Below, piece by piece: positions 32,647-53,159 of a stretch of 64,000 nt of DNA. Within the stretch, counting starts at the first letter, position 1. Each line of letters begins with the position of its first letter. The stretch comes from Scenedesmus sp. PABB004 (lineage: Eukaryota), in contig JABVCE010000009.1 in NCBI GenBank assembly GCA_014905635.1, positions 372,001 to 436,000 on the forward strand, read 5' to 3'. Both the position numbers and the translations under genes were made by a program. The notes under the pieces were generated by a model that worked only from the letters and a program-made list of their open reading frames with translations, was not told where the DNA came from and made no database searches.

Positions 32647-35210
32647 CTAGAAGCCCCAGCGCAGCTGCGAAATGCTCGCCGCGGCCAGCGCGCCGGCGCC
32701 CTGCTGCTGCGTCTGCGACGAGCTCGCCGCAGCCGGCGGCTCCGCGCCGCCGCCTGGCCCGCGCTGCACCGCGGCCGCCGCCGCCGTGCGCTGCCGCGCC
32801 TGCAGGCGCGCAGGCGCCGCTGCCGCCGCTGGCTGGTCGCCGCCGCTGCTGCTGGTGCTGCTGACGACTGCTGCGGCTGCGGCCGCCGGCGCGCCGCTGC
32901 TGGCGGTGACCTCCACCGTGGCGCGCTGCTGCTTGCCCGCGAGCGCCGGTTGCGGGTCGCCGCCGCGCGGCGCCGACGCCGCGGCGCCGCCGCGCCCGCC
33001 ACCGGCGTCGCCGCGCCGCAGCTCCTCGTGCACCGCGCCGAGCCACTCGACCACCGCGGCGTCGGTCCAGGGCTGCCGGAACGGCGCCCCCGGGCCCGCC
33101 GCCCAGCCGAGGTGCCCGCCCGTGGGCGTGACGGCGAGCAGGCAGCAAGGGTTGGCCTGTATCGCGTCGCAGGGGATGGCCTCCGCGGGCGCGATGGGGT
33201 CGTCGAGCGCCTGGACACACAGCAGCGGCACGGCCACGTCGGGGATGCGCCGCGCGCTGCTGCTGCCGGCGTAGTAGGCGTCCACGTCCTCCCAGTCTGC
33301 ACGCGCGCCACAGGCAGGCGCGGCGCGGCGGGCAGGGTCAGCGGCGGCGGCGGCGGCGTGCTGTGCAGCGTGGTGTGCGTGCCGCAGCGCGTCGTGCGCG
33401 GCACGGCGCGGCGGCGACGGCGCGCGTGGCGCGGCGGCGCGTAGCGCGCGGCGCGGCGCGGCGGGCCCGCACCGAAGCTGTGCACCGTGATCGCCTCGTC
33501 AAACTCGCGGATCGTGGTGACGCCCGGCACGTCGGCGGGGCGCGCGGGGCCGGCCACGCCGCGCCACACGAGGCGGTGCTTCACAAAGATGCGCTTCAGC
33601 GACGCCGCGAGGTTCCAGTTGTAGATCTTGTTAAACCCCTGGGAGCGGGGTTCAGGGGCGGCGGCGCGGTGAGCGGCGCGCGGCGAGCGGACAGCGGCGG
33701 CGGCTGCGCGCGCCGAGCGGCCCGGGCTCGGCGCGCGGCGTGGCGCGGCGGCGGCGGCGGCGGGCGCGCGCGCGCCTCGTTGATTTGGCGGTTGCTGATG
33801 GTCAGGTCAAAGGGGTTGCACATGCTCACCGCCGCCTCGATCGGCGTGTCGGCGCCCTGCGGCGCGGCGACGCGCGACGGCGTGAGCGCCCTGCCCGCCC
33901 GCCCGGCGTGCGCCGCGCCGCGCGCCGTCCGCCGCCCAGCCGCTGCGCCGCGCTGCCCTCTCAACCCTCAAACCTGAACCCGGCCGCACCCACGCACCTG
34001 CTCCCCCAGGTAGTTGACCAGGATGTTTGCGCCGAGGCTCCACCCCGCGGCGTAGAGCGAAGACGCCGGGTAGCGCCGCCGCACGTGGTCGATCACCTGC
34101 GTGCCAGGTCGCCGGCGGCGGCGGGGTTTGTCAACAACGCCCGCGCACGCGCCGGGCTCCTCCTAAACCCCGACGCGCCGACATGGCCAAAGCCCGCGCG
34201 CGCTGCTGCCCGGCCGCGCACCTCGCGCGTGTCGCCGGTGAAGGAGGCCGAGTAGAACTGCGGCGTGAGCACGGGGCTGTCGGCGGTGCCGCGGCTGTTG
34301 AACACGACCGCCCGGATGCCCGCGTGCCGCGCGGTCAGCACCGCGTGCTGCACGTAGCTGTCGCCGCTGCCGCCGGTGAGGCCGGGGAAGAGCACCAGCA
34401 CCGGCGCGCCGGGCGGGAGGTCCTGCGCGGACCGGACAGGCGCGGACCGCGGTCGGCGCGGCGCCCGTCGGCGGCGGCGGCCGGCGCGGCGGCGCCCGTC
34501 CGCGGCGGGCGGGCGGCCGCCACGGCGCTGCGCTGCTCGGGCGCGCGCCGGCCGGCCGCCCGTGCGCTGACCAGCTGTCGGTGTGGCGGCACGCACGCGC
34601 AACCGCACACACGCACCCACCTTGCCGGCGTCGTCGTGGTGCTCCCAGTCGAGCGCGACGGCGCCGCCGTCGGCCATCATCACGATCTCGCGCCGGTAGT
34701 CCACGCCCGGCGGCGCGCGGAGCTTGGCGACGAGGATCGTCTCCACGTGGCCGTTGGTCAGGAAGGGCGTGGGCCGGTAGGGCGCGCGCAGCGTGGGGCA
34801 GCGCGCGAGCACGGCGGCGTGGAAGGCTGGCGGCGCGGGGCGCGGCGGGGCGGGCGGCGCGTGAGGGCGGCGGCCTGGCCTGGCCGGGCGGCAGCGCTGG
34901 GGGGCGGCCGCCGGCCCGGCCGTGCCGCGCGGCGCGCGAGAGGCGGCGCACCCGTCGCTGCGTGCACGAGCTGCGGCGGCGCGCTCTTCAGCACGGCGTC
35001 CAGCCAGGCCGCCAGGGCGGCCAGGCCCACCACGCCCAGCGCCACGGCGCCGGGCGAGAGGGCGGCGAGCTCCATTCGCGGCCGAGTGCTGATGCTGGCG
35101 GGCGCGAGCTGCTGCTGCAGCGGCCGCGGCGCCAGGCGCGGCCCGACCACGCCGCGGGCGTGGGGACCCGTCTGGCGGGACAGGAGGCTGCGCCCCCTCA
35201 GCGCAAGCAT
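32647..35210 (-). CDS. Alpha/beta hydrolase, ABHD1/3 (YheT/EMB8-like; multi-exon)
   Basis: NGHVETI, DGGAVALDW, PGLTGGSGDSYV, VFNSRG, GWSLGANILVNYLGE, ALDDPIAP and GGHLGW. An alternative ATG lies at 35075. Confidence 0.9.
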
Positions 35211-35431
35211 GCCGCGCGCTGGCAGCAGCGCCAGGCTGAGCTCTGTGGGCGTCGCTCGCTGCGGGCGCGCCAATTGGGGCCGCGCGGCGCGGTGAGGCGG
35301 CTGGGACGCGGCCCGTCTGTGCGGGGGGCGGGCCGCAGCCCAGGCGGCGGGCGCGGTTCGGGCGGCGGGCTGCGGCGCAAGGGGGGCTTGCGCCGCCGCT
35401 GCTCGGGGCGCGTGCGCGCACGCGCCGAGTT

Positions 35432-36752
35432 TCACGCCTCCTGCTTGCTGCTGCCGCCCTGGCCGCCCTCGCCGCCCTCACCGCCGCCCTCGCCACCGCC
35501 AGCGGCAGCGCCGTCGCCAGCGCCCGCTGCGGGCGGCGCCGGCGCCGCGTCGCCGCCGCCGCCGGCCAGCGCGTCGGCCACCTCCGACGGCACCCGCGCG
35601 CCACGCGCCGCCAGTGCCTCGGCGATCCCGCCGAGCTCGCGCTGCAGCCGCTCCACGTGCGTGGCCGGCGCCGTGCCAGACGCGAGCCAGCGCGCCACGC
35701 CGAGTGCGTGCGCGCGCAGCAGGCCCGCGCTCGCCCAGGCGTGCGCGCCCTGCGCGCCGCCGCAGAGCGCCTGCGCGTAGATCCAGGCGAGCGAGGCGGC
35801 CGCGTAGTCGCCGCCCCGCACGCAGCCCGCGACCACCGCCTCGCACGCGCCGCGCGACGCGGTCAGCCCGAGCGCGTGCGCGTCCTCCAGCAGCTGCAGG
35901 CCAAACGCGTGCCCCAGCCCCGCGCGGGCCCCCGCCTGCGCGCGGCGCGGCGGCGGCGGGCGGGGCTCGGCGCCTGGCGCGCTCGCCGCCGCCGCCGCGG
36001 CGCCCCGGCGCGCGGGGGCTCAGCTGCCGCCCGGGCCGACCCGCGTCCGCCCGCCCGCCCGCCCGCCGCGCGCCCGCCCGCCGCCCGCCGCCCGCCCGCC
36101 GCCGCCGCCGCACCTTGAGCAGCGCGCTGAGCACCTGCGGGCCGTAGGGCTGCGGCTGCCGGATGCGCGCGCGCTTCATGCGGTTGGCCCGCACCGCCGC
36201 GAGCGCCGCGGAGACCTCCGCCTCGTCGCCGGCCCTGGCGATGAGCAGCAGCAGCTTCGCCTCGCCTGCGGGCGCGCGCGGCGCGGTGCGTCGGCGGCGG
36301 CCCGGGGGGGGGGGGGGTCAGGGGGGTGGTAGCGCACGCGGGGCGCCCGGCGCCGCCGCCCGCGTCGCCGGCGCGCACCCTGCGGCGACTGCAGCGCGAG
36401 CTGCGCCTGCAGCTCGGCGCGCAGCGCGTCGAAGCTCAGCTCCAGCAGCTGCTCGTTGCCCGCTCCCAGCTGCCACGCCTGCAGCGGCGGCGCCTCTGCG
36501 CAGGCAGCGGCGGGCGGCAGCAGCAGCGGCGCCGCTCAGCGGGCGGCGCCGGCGCGCGGCTGCTGCGGCTGCGGCGCCGCGTGCGGACGCCTGGGTCGTT
36601 TACGCACCTGTGGACGCGCCGCCGGCACCACCGGCTGCCGCGGTGGCGAGGGAGGCGGCAGCGATGCCCGGGGCCGGCTGCTGCCGCCCCCAGGGCGCTC
36701 CCGTGCCCGCCGCCCGCAGCAGCGTGGCCACGAGGCGTCGCCGGGGGATCAT
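35432..36752 (-). CDS. Hypothetical, probably organelle-targeted alpha-helical protein (about 4 exons)
   Basis: MIPRRRLVATLLRAAG.. then a GTGCG donor; exons QLLELSFDALRAELQAQL, KLLLLIARAGDEAEVSAAL and GLQLLEDAHALGL..GGSSKQEA*. No family recognised. Confidence 0.55.
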
Positions 36753-37540
36753 GGCGCCGGGGTTCCCCTGGGACGCGCGCGGTGGCTGCTGGCAGCGGCG
36801 GCGGGCGGCGGGCGGCGCCGATGCACTCGGGGCGCGCGGTCGGCGCTGGCTGCACGCTGCGTGGATCGGTGCGCGAGCGGAGGCGTGCCTTCTGACGGCT
36901 CCCCTGGAGGTCGGCCATCGGTGTGGGCCACCCCAGGCCCTGCCGCTGCGCCCCGCCGCTGCGCCGCCGGTGATGCGCCGCGGGCCGTGCGGCGCAGGCC
37001 GGGCCTCTCCTTACCCAGCGCGCGCGCGCGCGCTTGATTCTTCGTGCGGCGACGCCGCGCGCTGCAAGCGATTGCGCGCGGGCCGCAGCTGCTGCGGGGC
37101 ACGCGACGCGCGGGCCCGAGGGGCGCCGCCGCCCCGCGCGCAAACGCACGCGCGGGTCGACCGCCGCGGCGGCGCGCGTGCGCAGGCGCACGCGCCGCCG
37201 TAAGCACATCTCACACACACACAGCACACCATAGTGATGATGCCCCCGCCGCCGGCGCGCCGCCCCACGCCACGCCCGCTGGGGCGCGCGCGCGGGCGGC
37301 CGCCCCGGCCGGCGGCGGGCGCCGGCGGCGGGCGCCGGCGCGGGCAGCAGCGACGCGGGCGCGCGCTCCGCGCCGGCGCCCGCCGCGCGCGCGCGCGCGC
37401 GCGGCGGGGGGTCCGCGCCCTCCCTCCTCAGCACCAGCAGCAGCAGCGCCTCGCGGGGCGCCCGCCGCCCGGCGGCCGTCCCGCCCCGGGCCGCCTCGCC
37501 GTCGGCGCCCGGCCGCCGCGGAACCGACCGAGTCCGGCGC

Positions 37541-40554
<3,014 letters not shown>

Positions 40555-41665
40555 CGTGTTGCTGGCTGCGCTGGCTGCGTGGATAGACGGTGCGGGGAGA
40601 AAGGGACGAGCGAGGGGCGCGCGCCGAGCCAGGCCGCGCGAGCGCGCTGGCCGCGGTCTTGCGAGCGGTTTTGGCGGCCAATATTCTCATTTTCAATTGC
40701 GTGCCCAGCGCGCAGCGCTGCACCCGGCTGGCCCTGCACCGCCGAGCATGCCCGCGAGCGCCGCCGCCTGCGGCGCCGCCGCGTGCGGCGCCGCCGCGCC
40801 GCGCCGCGCCGAGCCAGCGCGGCGCCGGCAGCGTGCCGGGAGTGCCAGCGCCAGCGGCGGCGGCGGCAGCTGCAGTTGCCGCTGCAGGAGCTGCAACGAG
40901 TGCGCCGTCGACCTCGCGGCAGCGGCGGCGTGCCCCCTCAAACGCCGAGCGCGCGCACGAGCTCCGGCTCGGCGTGTAGGGGACACGCCGCCGCTGCCGC
41001 TGCCGACAGCGGCCGCGAGGTCCGACGACCGACAGCGGCCGCGGCGGCGGCGGCCGGCCTCAAACGCCGAGAGCGCGTGCAGCCGCCCGCAGCCGTGGCA
41101 GAAGCGACGCGCCTGATGAGGAGCGCTTTTCGGCACGGCTGCGGGCAGCCGCACGCGCTCTCGGCTGCCTGGCGAGCGGGCGCTCGCCAGGCCCGCGCGC
41201 ACCAGGCGGCGTGCCCGAGCCGCGCCGGCAGCGCCCCAGCGCGCGCTGGAGCGGCGCGCGCTGCAGAGCGCCCCCGCCCGCGCACCTCCCTCCCAGCAGT
41301 CGCCGCTGGCGCGGCAACACACATTGCAGGTCCAGCACGCTCACGCCGCAGCAGGTTGCATGCGGACGGTCCGGTGGCACGCCATGCAGTACAACCTGCT
41401 GCGGCCTGCGCGTGCTGGACGTGGCGCGGCTGTTCATGAACAGCGCCAGGCTTCGCCCGCCGCCCGCTGCGCTGACCTCGTGCCCACGCGCGACTGGTGC
41501 TCAGCAACAAGGTTACCGCAGCGCGCGGCGGGCGACACCTGACGCCCGAGCGCGGCGCTGGGCCAGGCTGCCGTTGGGGCGCGGCGCCGGCGCCGGCGCA
41601 CGACGTCCGTGACGCTGCGCCGCGCGGCTCAGCGCGGCGCTGCAGCCAGCTGCAGGCGCGTTCGA

Positions 41666-41794
41666 CGCCCGCCGGGCGCGCCGCGTGCCGCCACCACGGC
41701 ACCCAGGCCAGGTATGGCGAGGTCTGGGATGAGCCAGGCCAGCAGTACCTGACCTGGGTGCCGTGGTGGCGGCACGCGGCGCGCCCGGCTGGCG
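41666..41794. repeat. Near-perfect foldback hairpin (pre-miRNA or MITE candidate)
   Basis: 41671-41714 is the reverse complement of 41746-41789 with one mismatch in 44 bp. An inner GGTCTGG/CCAGGCC stem encloses a 6-nt loop. Confidence 0.9.
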
Positions 41795-42492
41795 GTGTGC
41801 GGCGGGGCTGAGTGTCGCGTTGCGCTCGCGCGCGCGCGCGCGCGCGGCGGCGCGGGCGCTGCGCCAGCGCAGGCGTCCGGGCTCGGCGCCTGCGCGGGGC
41901 GGGCGGGCGGGGCGCGCGCGAGGCTGCCCCGGGGCGCCCAGGACCGGCGGGGGCGGCCCTCGGCTCGCCGCGCGCAGGCGCGCCGGGGCGCGGCCGCCGC
42001 TGCTGCTGCTGCCGCCCCGGGCCCGCCGCCGGGCGCGAGGCTGCGTGGGGCGGCTTCGGGTGCCGGGTACAGCCGCCTCGCGTGCCTGGGAGCGGGGGGG
42101 GGGGCGCGGGGTGCGCCGGCGCGGCCGGCAGCGTCGCTGCTCCGCGGCGCGCTGCGGGGCGCGCGCTGCCGCCGCGTTTCGCGGCGTGGTGAGGCCCGGC
42201 ACGACGCACGTAGGGGCGAGAGAGGGAGGGAGAACCGGGAGGAATGGCGGGGGCCGTTGGCGCGCCCGGCGTTCTTGTTGCCGCGTCGCTGGGGTGCGTC
42301 ACGCCGCCGCCGCCGCGCGTGCCTCGCTCGCTCGGTGCGTGCGGCGCCGTCCGGCACTCTCGGGCAGCACCCCCGACATGACCCGCGCGCCACACCTCTT
42401 GTTTTCCAGCAGACCCAACCAGGCTGCGACAGCGCAGCCGGCGCATGCCGTCGAGCTGAGGCCGGCGGGGGGCGCCTGCGACACCGTCCGGC

Positions 42493-43427
42493 ATGCCCAA
42501 GAGTGCGCGCCGCAGCGCGGGGCGGCCGGGGAGCGGCGCACGCAGCTGCATGCCGCAGGCGCTCTGGCCTGGGCAGCGCGCGCGCACCCTGGCCAGCAGG
42601 CGGCGTCATGGTGGCCCGAAACCGCCAACGCAGCGCCCGGCGGCGGGGCTGGGGCAACGCAGCGCGCCTGCGCCAGCATCTGCCGACAGCGCCGCCGCTG
42701 CCCGCCGCCGCTGCTCGCCCGCCCCTGCCGCAGAGCGTGCCCAGCGGCGGGGGGCGGACGACTATGACGATGCCGGCAGCGTGACCAGCACGGGCACCGC
42801 CGTCAGCCACGACGGGCCCGACTGCGTCGACGCCGCGGCCGAGCAGTTTTCGCAGGCGCGCAGCGGCGGCGCGGCGGCGGCGCGGCGGCGCTCCCCCACT
42901 CTCTCTCTCGCTCGCTGCGGCGGCGGCGGGCTCAAGCGGCCTGCCTGCTGCGCGCGCAGGCGATTGACGACACGTACGAGAGCCGCGCCGCCACGCGGGA
43001 AAAGGCGTGGGAGCGGCTGGTCGCGATGCTGCGCAACGGCGTGCGCAGCGAGGACTGCTGCCAGAACGCCACGACGCTCGCGGCGCGCTGCCAGAACGCG
43101 CTGCGCAAGGGCGGCGCCGCAGAGGCGGCGTCGGCGGCGACGGCGCTGGGTGCGCGCGCGCGCGCGCGCGCGCACGCGCGCGCGCGCACGCGCACGCGCG
43201 CACGCGCACGCGCGCCGGCGCGCGGCGCCGGCGGCGGCCGGGGCGGCCCGCCGCGCGCGCTGTGTGCGCCTCACGCCCGCCGCGCCGGCCGCGCGCCGCC
43301 GCCGCAGGGCTGCACATGCTGACGCTGGGCGAGCCCAACGAGAGGTGCGCCCGCGCGCGCGCGCGCGCGCGCGCGGTCACGCGCCGGCGGCGCGCTCGCT
43401 GCTCGGCGTCCCTTGCGACCCCCCCCC

Positions 43428-43470
<43 letters not shown>

Positions 43471-44808
43471 GCCTCTTCCAGGACGTCTGCCCCGACCTGG
43501 TCAAGGCGGCCAAGCAGGGCAAGGGCGGCGCGGCCAAGCTCGCGGCGGCCGAGGCGCTCGCGGTCGCGTGCTTCGTCGCCGCCGAGGACGAGGGCACGAC
43601 GGTGGAGGTGATGGAGCAGCTGCAGCGCCTCTGGGGCAAGGGTGAGCGGCCGCCGCCGCCGCGGAGCGCGCGCCCGCGGGCGCCGCCGACGCGCCCGCCC
43701 GCAGACGCGCCCGCCCGCCGACGCGCCCGCCGCCGCGCCCGCCGCCGCCCGCAGACGGCGCCAAGCTGCGCGCCGCGGCGCTGCGCGGCTGGGCGTTCCT
43801 GTTCAGCAGCCTCTCGGCGCCGCCGCCGCCGCGCGTGCTCGAGGCGCAGCTCGCGGCGCTCGCGGCGCTGCTGCACGACCCCGAGGTCGAGGTGCGCGCG
43901 GCGGCGGGCGAGGGCCTCGCGCTGCTGTACCACGTCTGCGGCCTCGGCGACTCCGACTTTGGGGACGACGACGCCTCGGACGAGGCGGACGAGGAGAGCG
44001 AGGAGGTGGAGCAGCCGCAGCAGCAGCAGCAGCAGCAGCCGCAGCAGCAGCAGCCGCCGGACCCGGCGCCCGCCTCGCCGGCGGGTGCCGGCGGGGCGGG
44101 CGGCGCGGCACCCGACCGCGGCGCGCCGGTCGTGCCGCTGTCGGCGGTCGGCGTGCTGCCCGCGGCGGCGGGCGCGGCCGGCGCGCAGGCGCGGCGCGGC
44201 GGCGACGCGATGAGCCTCGCGAGCGCGAGCAGCGTGAGCGGGCTGGACATGGTCATAGACCGCGTGCGCGACCTCGCGGCCAACCGCGGCGACCGCGCGC
44301 GGCGCTCGCGCCGCGACCGCGCGGCGCTGCGCGGCACGTTCCGCGAGCTGCGCAGCGTGATGGAGGTGCGCGGCGCCGCGGCGGGTCGGGGGCGGCGAGC
44401 GGCGGGTCGCGCGACGGCAGCGGCGCGGCCGGGGGCGCGGCGCCGACGCGGGCGCCCCACGCCGCGCGCCGCGCGCGCCGCGCCGCGCCGCAGGACGGCC
44501 ACGTGCCCAGCCAGAAGATCAAGCTGCGCCACGGCGACACGCTGCTGATCAACACGATGGAGGGGCACGTGATGATGAACTTCTTTCGCCGCTTCATCGC
44601 GGGCGGCTTCCAGGTCCACCTGCAGGGCAACCCCTTCCTGCACCAGGTCTTCGGCTTCAGCCCGCTGGAGGCGCGCCAGGAGCGCCTGAGCGCGCAGGAG
44701 AAGCGCTGGCTGCGCAGCCCGTGCAGCGCCGCGAGCAAGGCGCGCAGCCAGGCGCGCCGGGGGCAGCGCAGCGCCAAGGACGCCGCGGGCGACGGCGGCG
44801 ACTGGTGA
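42493..44808 (+). CDS. IFRD: Interferon-related developmental regulator (IFRD) family protein (multi-exon)
   Basis: Predicted MPKKRAQRR start after splicing, AIDDTYESRAATRE, VRAAAGEGLALLY, RRDRAALRGTFREL, FIAGGFQVHLQGNPFLHQVFGF and SAASKARSQARRGQR. Confidence 0.85.
43431..43467 (+). repeat. (CA)n microsatellite, intronic
   Basis: Seen directly in the sequence; abuts the GCAG acceptor. Confidence 0.95.
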
Positions 44809-45096
44809 CCGCGGCGCGGGCGCGGGAGCGGGGCAGCAGCCGCCGCGGCGCGCGCGCCGCATTGGCGCCGCCGCCGGGACGCGCGCACCTGAACCGCTCC
44901 AAACCGCCAAGACCCTAGCGCCGCGGCGGCCCGCGCGCCCCCGCAAGCGGCAGCCGCCGCCGCCCGGGCGCCATAGCTCGCGCGCCACTCGCCGCGCCCC
45001 GCGCCCGCGAGCCGCTGATGTCGCTGTGAGACGGCCGGCGACGGCGGCAGCGGCGACGGATCCTCCCGGGCCCTCAGGCGCTCCCTCCTGACCGCC

Positions 45097-50844
<5,748 letters not shown>

Positions 50845-51103
50845 GGCCGCGCGGCGGCGTGTGGACGCGGGGCGGCGCGGGCGGGGAACGGCTGGGAGGG
50901 AGGGCTCGGCACGGCGCGCGGATTGTGTGACCTGGTCCGGGGCGGCAATGCAACGAGCCGCCGAGCCGACGCAATGCTGCGCGCGCGCGAGGCCCCGACG
51001 GCGGCGGTTGCACCACCAGCGCCGACCCCACCACCCCTCCCCGCCCGCTCCCTCGCGCCTCGCCGCTCTCGGCGACCGGCCAGCTGCGCGCCGCTGACCC
51101 CCC

Positions 51104-52864
51104 TCAGCGCGCAAAGCGCGCCCCCGCGGCGTTGGTCGCTGACACCGGCGCGACGCGCGGCCGGCCCTCCAGCGGGCGCCGGTGGTCGAAGAAGCGCTGC
51201 GCGTCGGCGCGGCCGTTGTCCGACACCGCCTCGGCGCCGCCGGTGAAGAACGACATCAGCCCCCGCCGGCTGTTGATCGCGTGAGCGCCGTCGACGCGCT
51301 GCGGCCCGTGGCGCAGGACCTGCGCGGCGCCGCGGCGGGCGCCCTCGCGCGGCCCGCAGGCGGCTGCCAACCAGCACCGAGCCTCGCCCCCACCTGGAGG
51401 TTCACGAAGCCCTGGCTCGTCTCGTCGCTCGGCCCGCGCGGCGCCGCCGCCGCGCCCGCCGCCGCGGCGCGGGGCTTGTAGCCCGTGAAGCCGGCCAGCC
51501 GCCCGCGACCGTACTGGTCCAGCGCCAGCGCCGCGGCCTGTGGCGGCCATGCACGGCGCGGCGGCGGGGTCCAACGCGCGCGCCCGCCCGGCGCGGCGCC
51601 GAGAGGGCTCGCGCGGCGCGGCGCGCGCGCGCCCGCAGGAGGCCGCCGCCCGCACCTTGGCGTCGGCCCGGCCCGCGTCGACGGCGGCCTGCGCCGCCGC
51701 GTGCGCGCTCAGGAAGGTGGCCGCCACTGGGATGAAGCCAGTGTTGCCGGGCGGGTGGCGCCCGCACCCCGAACTGCGTGCGGGCGCGCGCGCAGGCAGG
51801 CGGGAGGCTGAGCTAGGCTCAGCAGCGGCGACCTGGCTGGGCCGTAGAGGGCGCCGGGTGGCGCGCCGAGGCCCCGAGCGCGGGGCACTCGCCGCGTCGT
51901 GCCGGCGTTGAGGTCGCGCGTCGTCGCCGCGGCGGTGAGCGCCCCCGCGGTCGCGCCAGCAAGCCCGTGCATCGGGTCGCCGCCAAAGTCGCGCGCGTAG
52001 CTGCTCGCGCCCTCCAGCGCGCGCCGGCCGGCCGCCGGCGTGACCGCCGCGCGCCCCGGCGCCGCGCGCTCCGCGCCGCACGACGCCGGCCGCGCCCGGG
52101 CCGCCTCGGCGGCCAGCGCAGTCGCGGCGGCGTACGTGGTGCGATAGGCGGCGCTGGTGGCTAGCGCCGTCGCGGCGCCGAGCGCCGCGCCGCTGCAGCT
52201 GGCGCCCGCAGAGTGCGCGCGCCGGTCGCGCGCCGCTGCGTACCCCACCAGCGTGCTGCCCAGGCCCGCCGACTGCGCGAGCTGCGCGCCCGCCGTGGCG
52301 CCGCCCGCCAGCAGGTCGGCCCTGCGGGCGTGCGCGCGCGCGGCGCGGCGCGGGGCAGGTGGGCGGCGGCGGGGCGCGCTCGAGGACGCCTGGCGCCCGG
52401 CTGGCTGCAGCCGGGCAGCTGGCAGGGAGGTGCGCCGCGGCGGGCGGGGCGGCAGCTCTGCCAGCGGCGCAGTGCCAGCCGCGGCGGGCGCGCACCGATA
52501 GGTTGACGTCGCGGTGAAGGGCGGGCCCGCGGCCTTGCGCTGCCGGAGTTGTAGCTGAGCAGGCTCTTGTTGCCCGCCTGCGGTGGAGGCGTCGGCGGCG
52601 CGCAGAGGCGTCGTCGGCGCCGCGCGGCGGCCAGCCGCAGCTGACCCGCGGGCAGCTCTCGCTGGCGGCACGCCGCAGCTGGCCGGGCAGCTCTAGCTCG
52701 CGGTGGCCAGCCTCAGGCCGGGCTGGCGGGCGCCAGCGCTGGCACGCGGCGGCGGCGAGAGCAGCGCGCGCGCCGGCGCCGCCGCGGACTGTGCGGGGGC
52801 CCTGGTGAGCCGTCAGCGCCCTCATCTCCGAGCAGGGCACGCCGTCGAGGTAGCCCAGCGGCAT
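51104..52864 (-). CDS. Hypothetical protein with PG[NY]TG[FY]xP-type repeats, possible flagellar microtubule inner protein (multi-exon)
   Basis: Exons PFTATSTYR, SSYARDFG, HPPGNTGFIP, RLAGFTGYKP and SDNGRADAQRFFDHRRPLEG..ARFAR*. The start codon is tentative. Confidence 0.5.
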   Translation of the reverse strand: MPLGYLDGVPCSEMRALTAHQGPRTVRGGAGARAALAAAACQRWRPPARPEAGHRELELPGQLRRAASESCPRVSCGWPPRGADDASARRRRLHRRRATRACSATTPAAQGRGPALHRDVNLSVRARRGWHCAAGRAAAPPAAAHLPASCPAAASRAPGVLERAPPPPTCPAPRRARARPQGRPAGGRRHGGRAARAVGGPGQHAGGVRSGARPARALCGRQLQRRGARRRDGASHQRRLSHHVRRRDCAGRRGGPGAAGVVRRGARGAGARGGHAGGRPARAGGREQLRARLWRRPDARACWRDRGGAHRRGDDARPQRRHDAASAPRSGPRRATRRPLRPSQVAAAEPSSASRLPARAPARSSGCGRHPPGNTGFIPVAATFLSAHAAAQAAVDAGRADAKVRAAASCGRARAAPREPSRRRAGRARALDPAAAPCMAATGRGAGAGPVRSRAAGRLHGLQAPRRGGGRGGGAARAERRDEPGLREPPGGGEARCWLAAACGPREGARRGAAQVLRHGPQRVDGAHAINSRRGLMSFFTGGAEAVSDNGRADAQRFFDHRRPLEGRPRVAPVSATNAAGARFAR

Positions 52865-53159
52865 GGCGGGCTCGGAAATGCAGCGAGAGGGCAGTGGGGA
52901 GCACGGCCGCTGAGCGGTGGCTGAGCAGCGCCGCGTCGGGCCGGAGGAGCGCTCCGAGCCGCGCGGAGGTGTTGACGCAGCTCGCGACAACAGAGGGAGC
53001 GCAACTGACCGGCTGCGGCGGCGGCGCGGGCCTTGCGGCGGCACGGCGCGGCGCGCGGCTGTTGCGCCGCGGCTCGGCGCCGCGGTCGCCTGCCGCGCGT
53101 TACCCGAGCTCCCCGAGCTCCCCGAGCTCCCCCGGCCTCCCCAGGCCGCGCGCGCGAGC

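Noticed and set aside
40600..42490. Protein-coding gene in the SAHH-IFRD intergenic region
   Set aside because: The ORFs are low-complexity with no motif or coherent exon chain.
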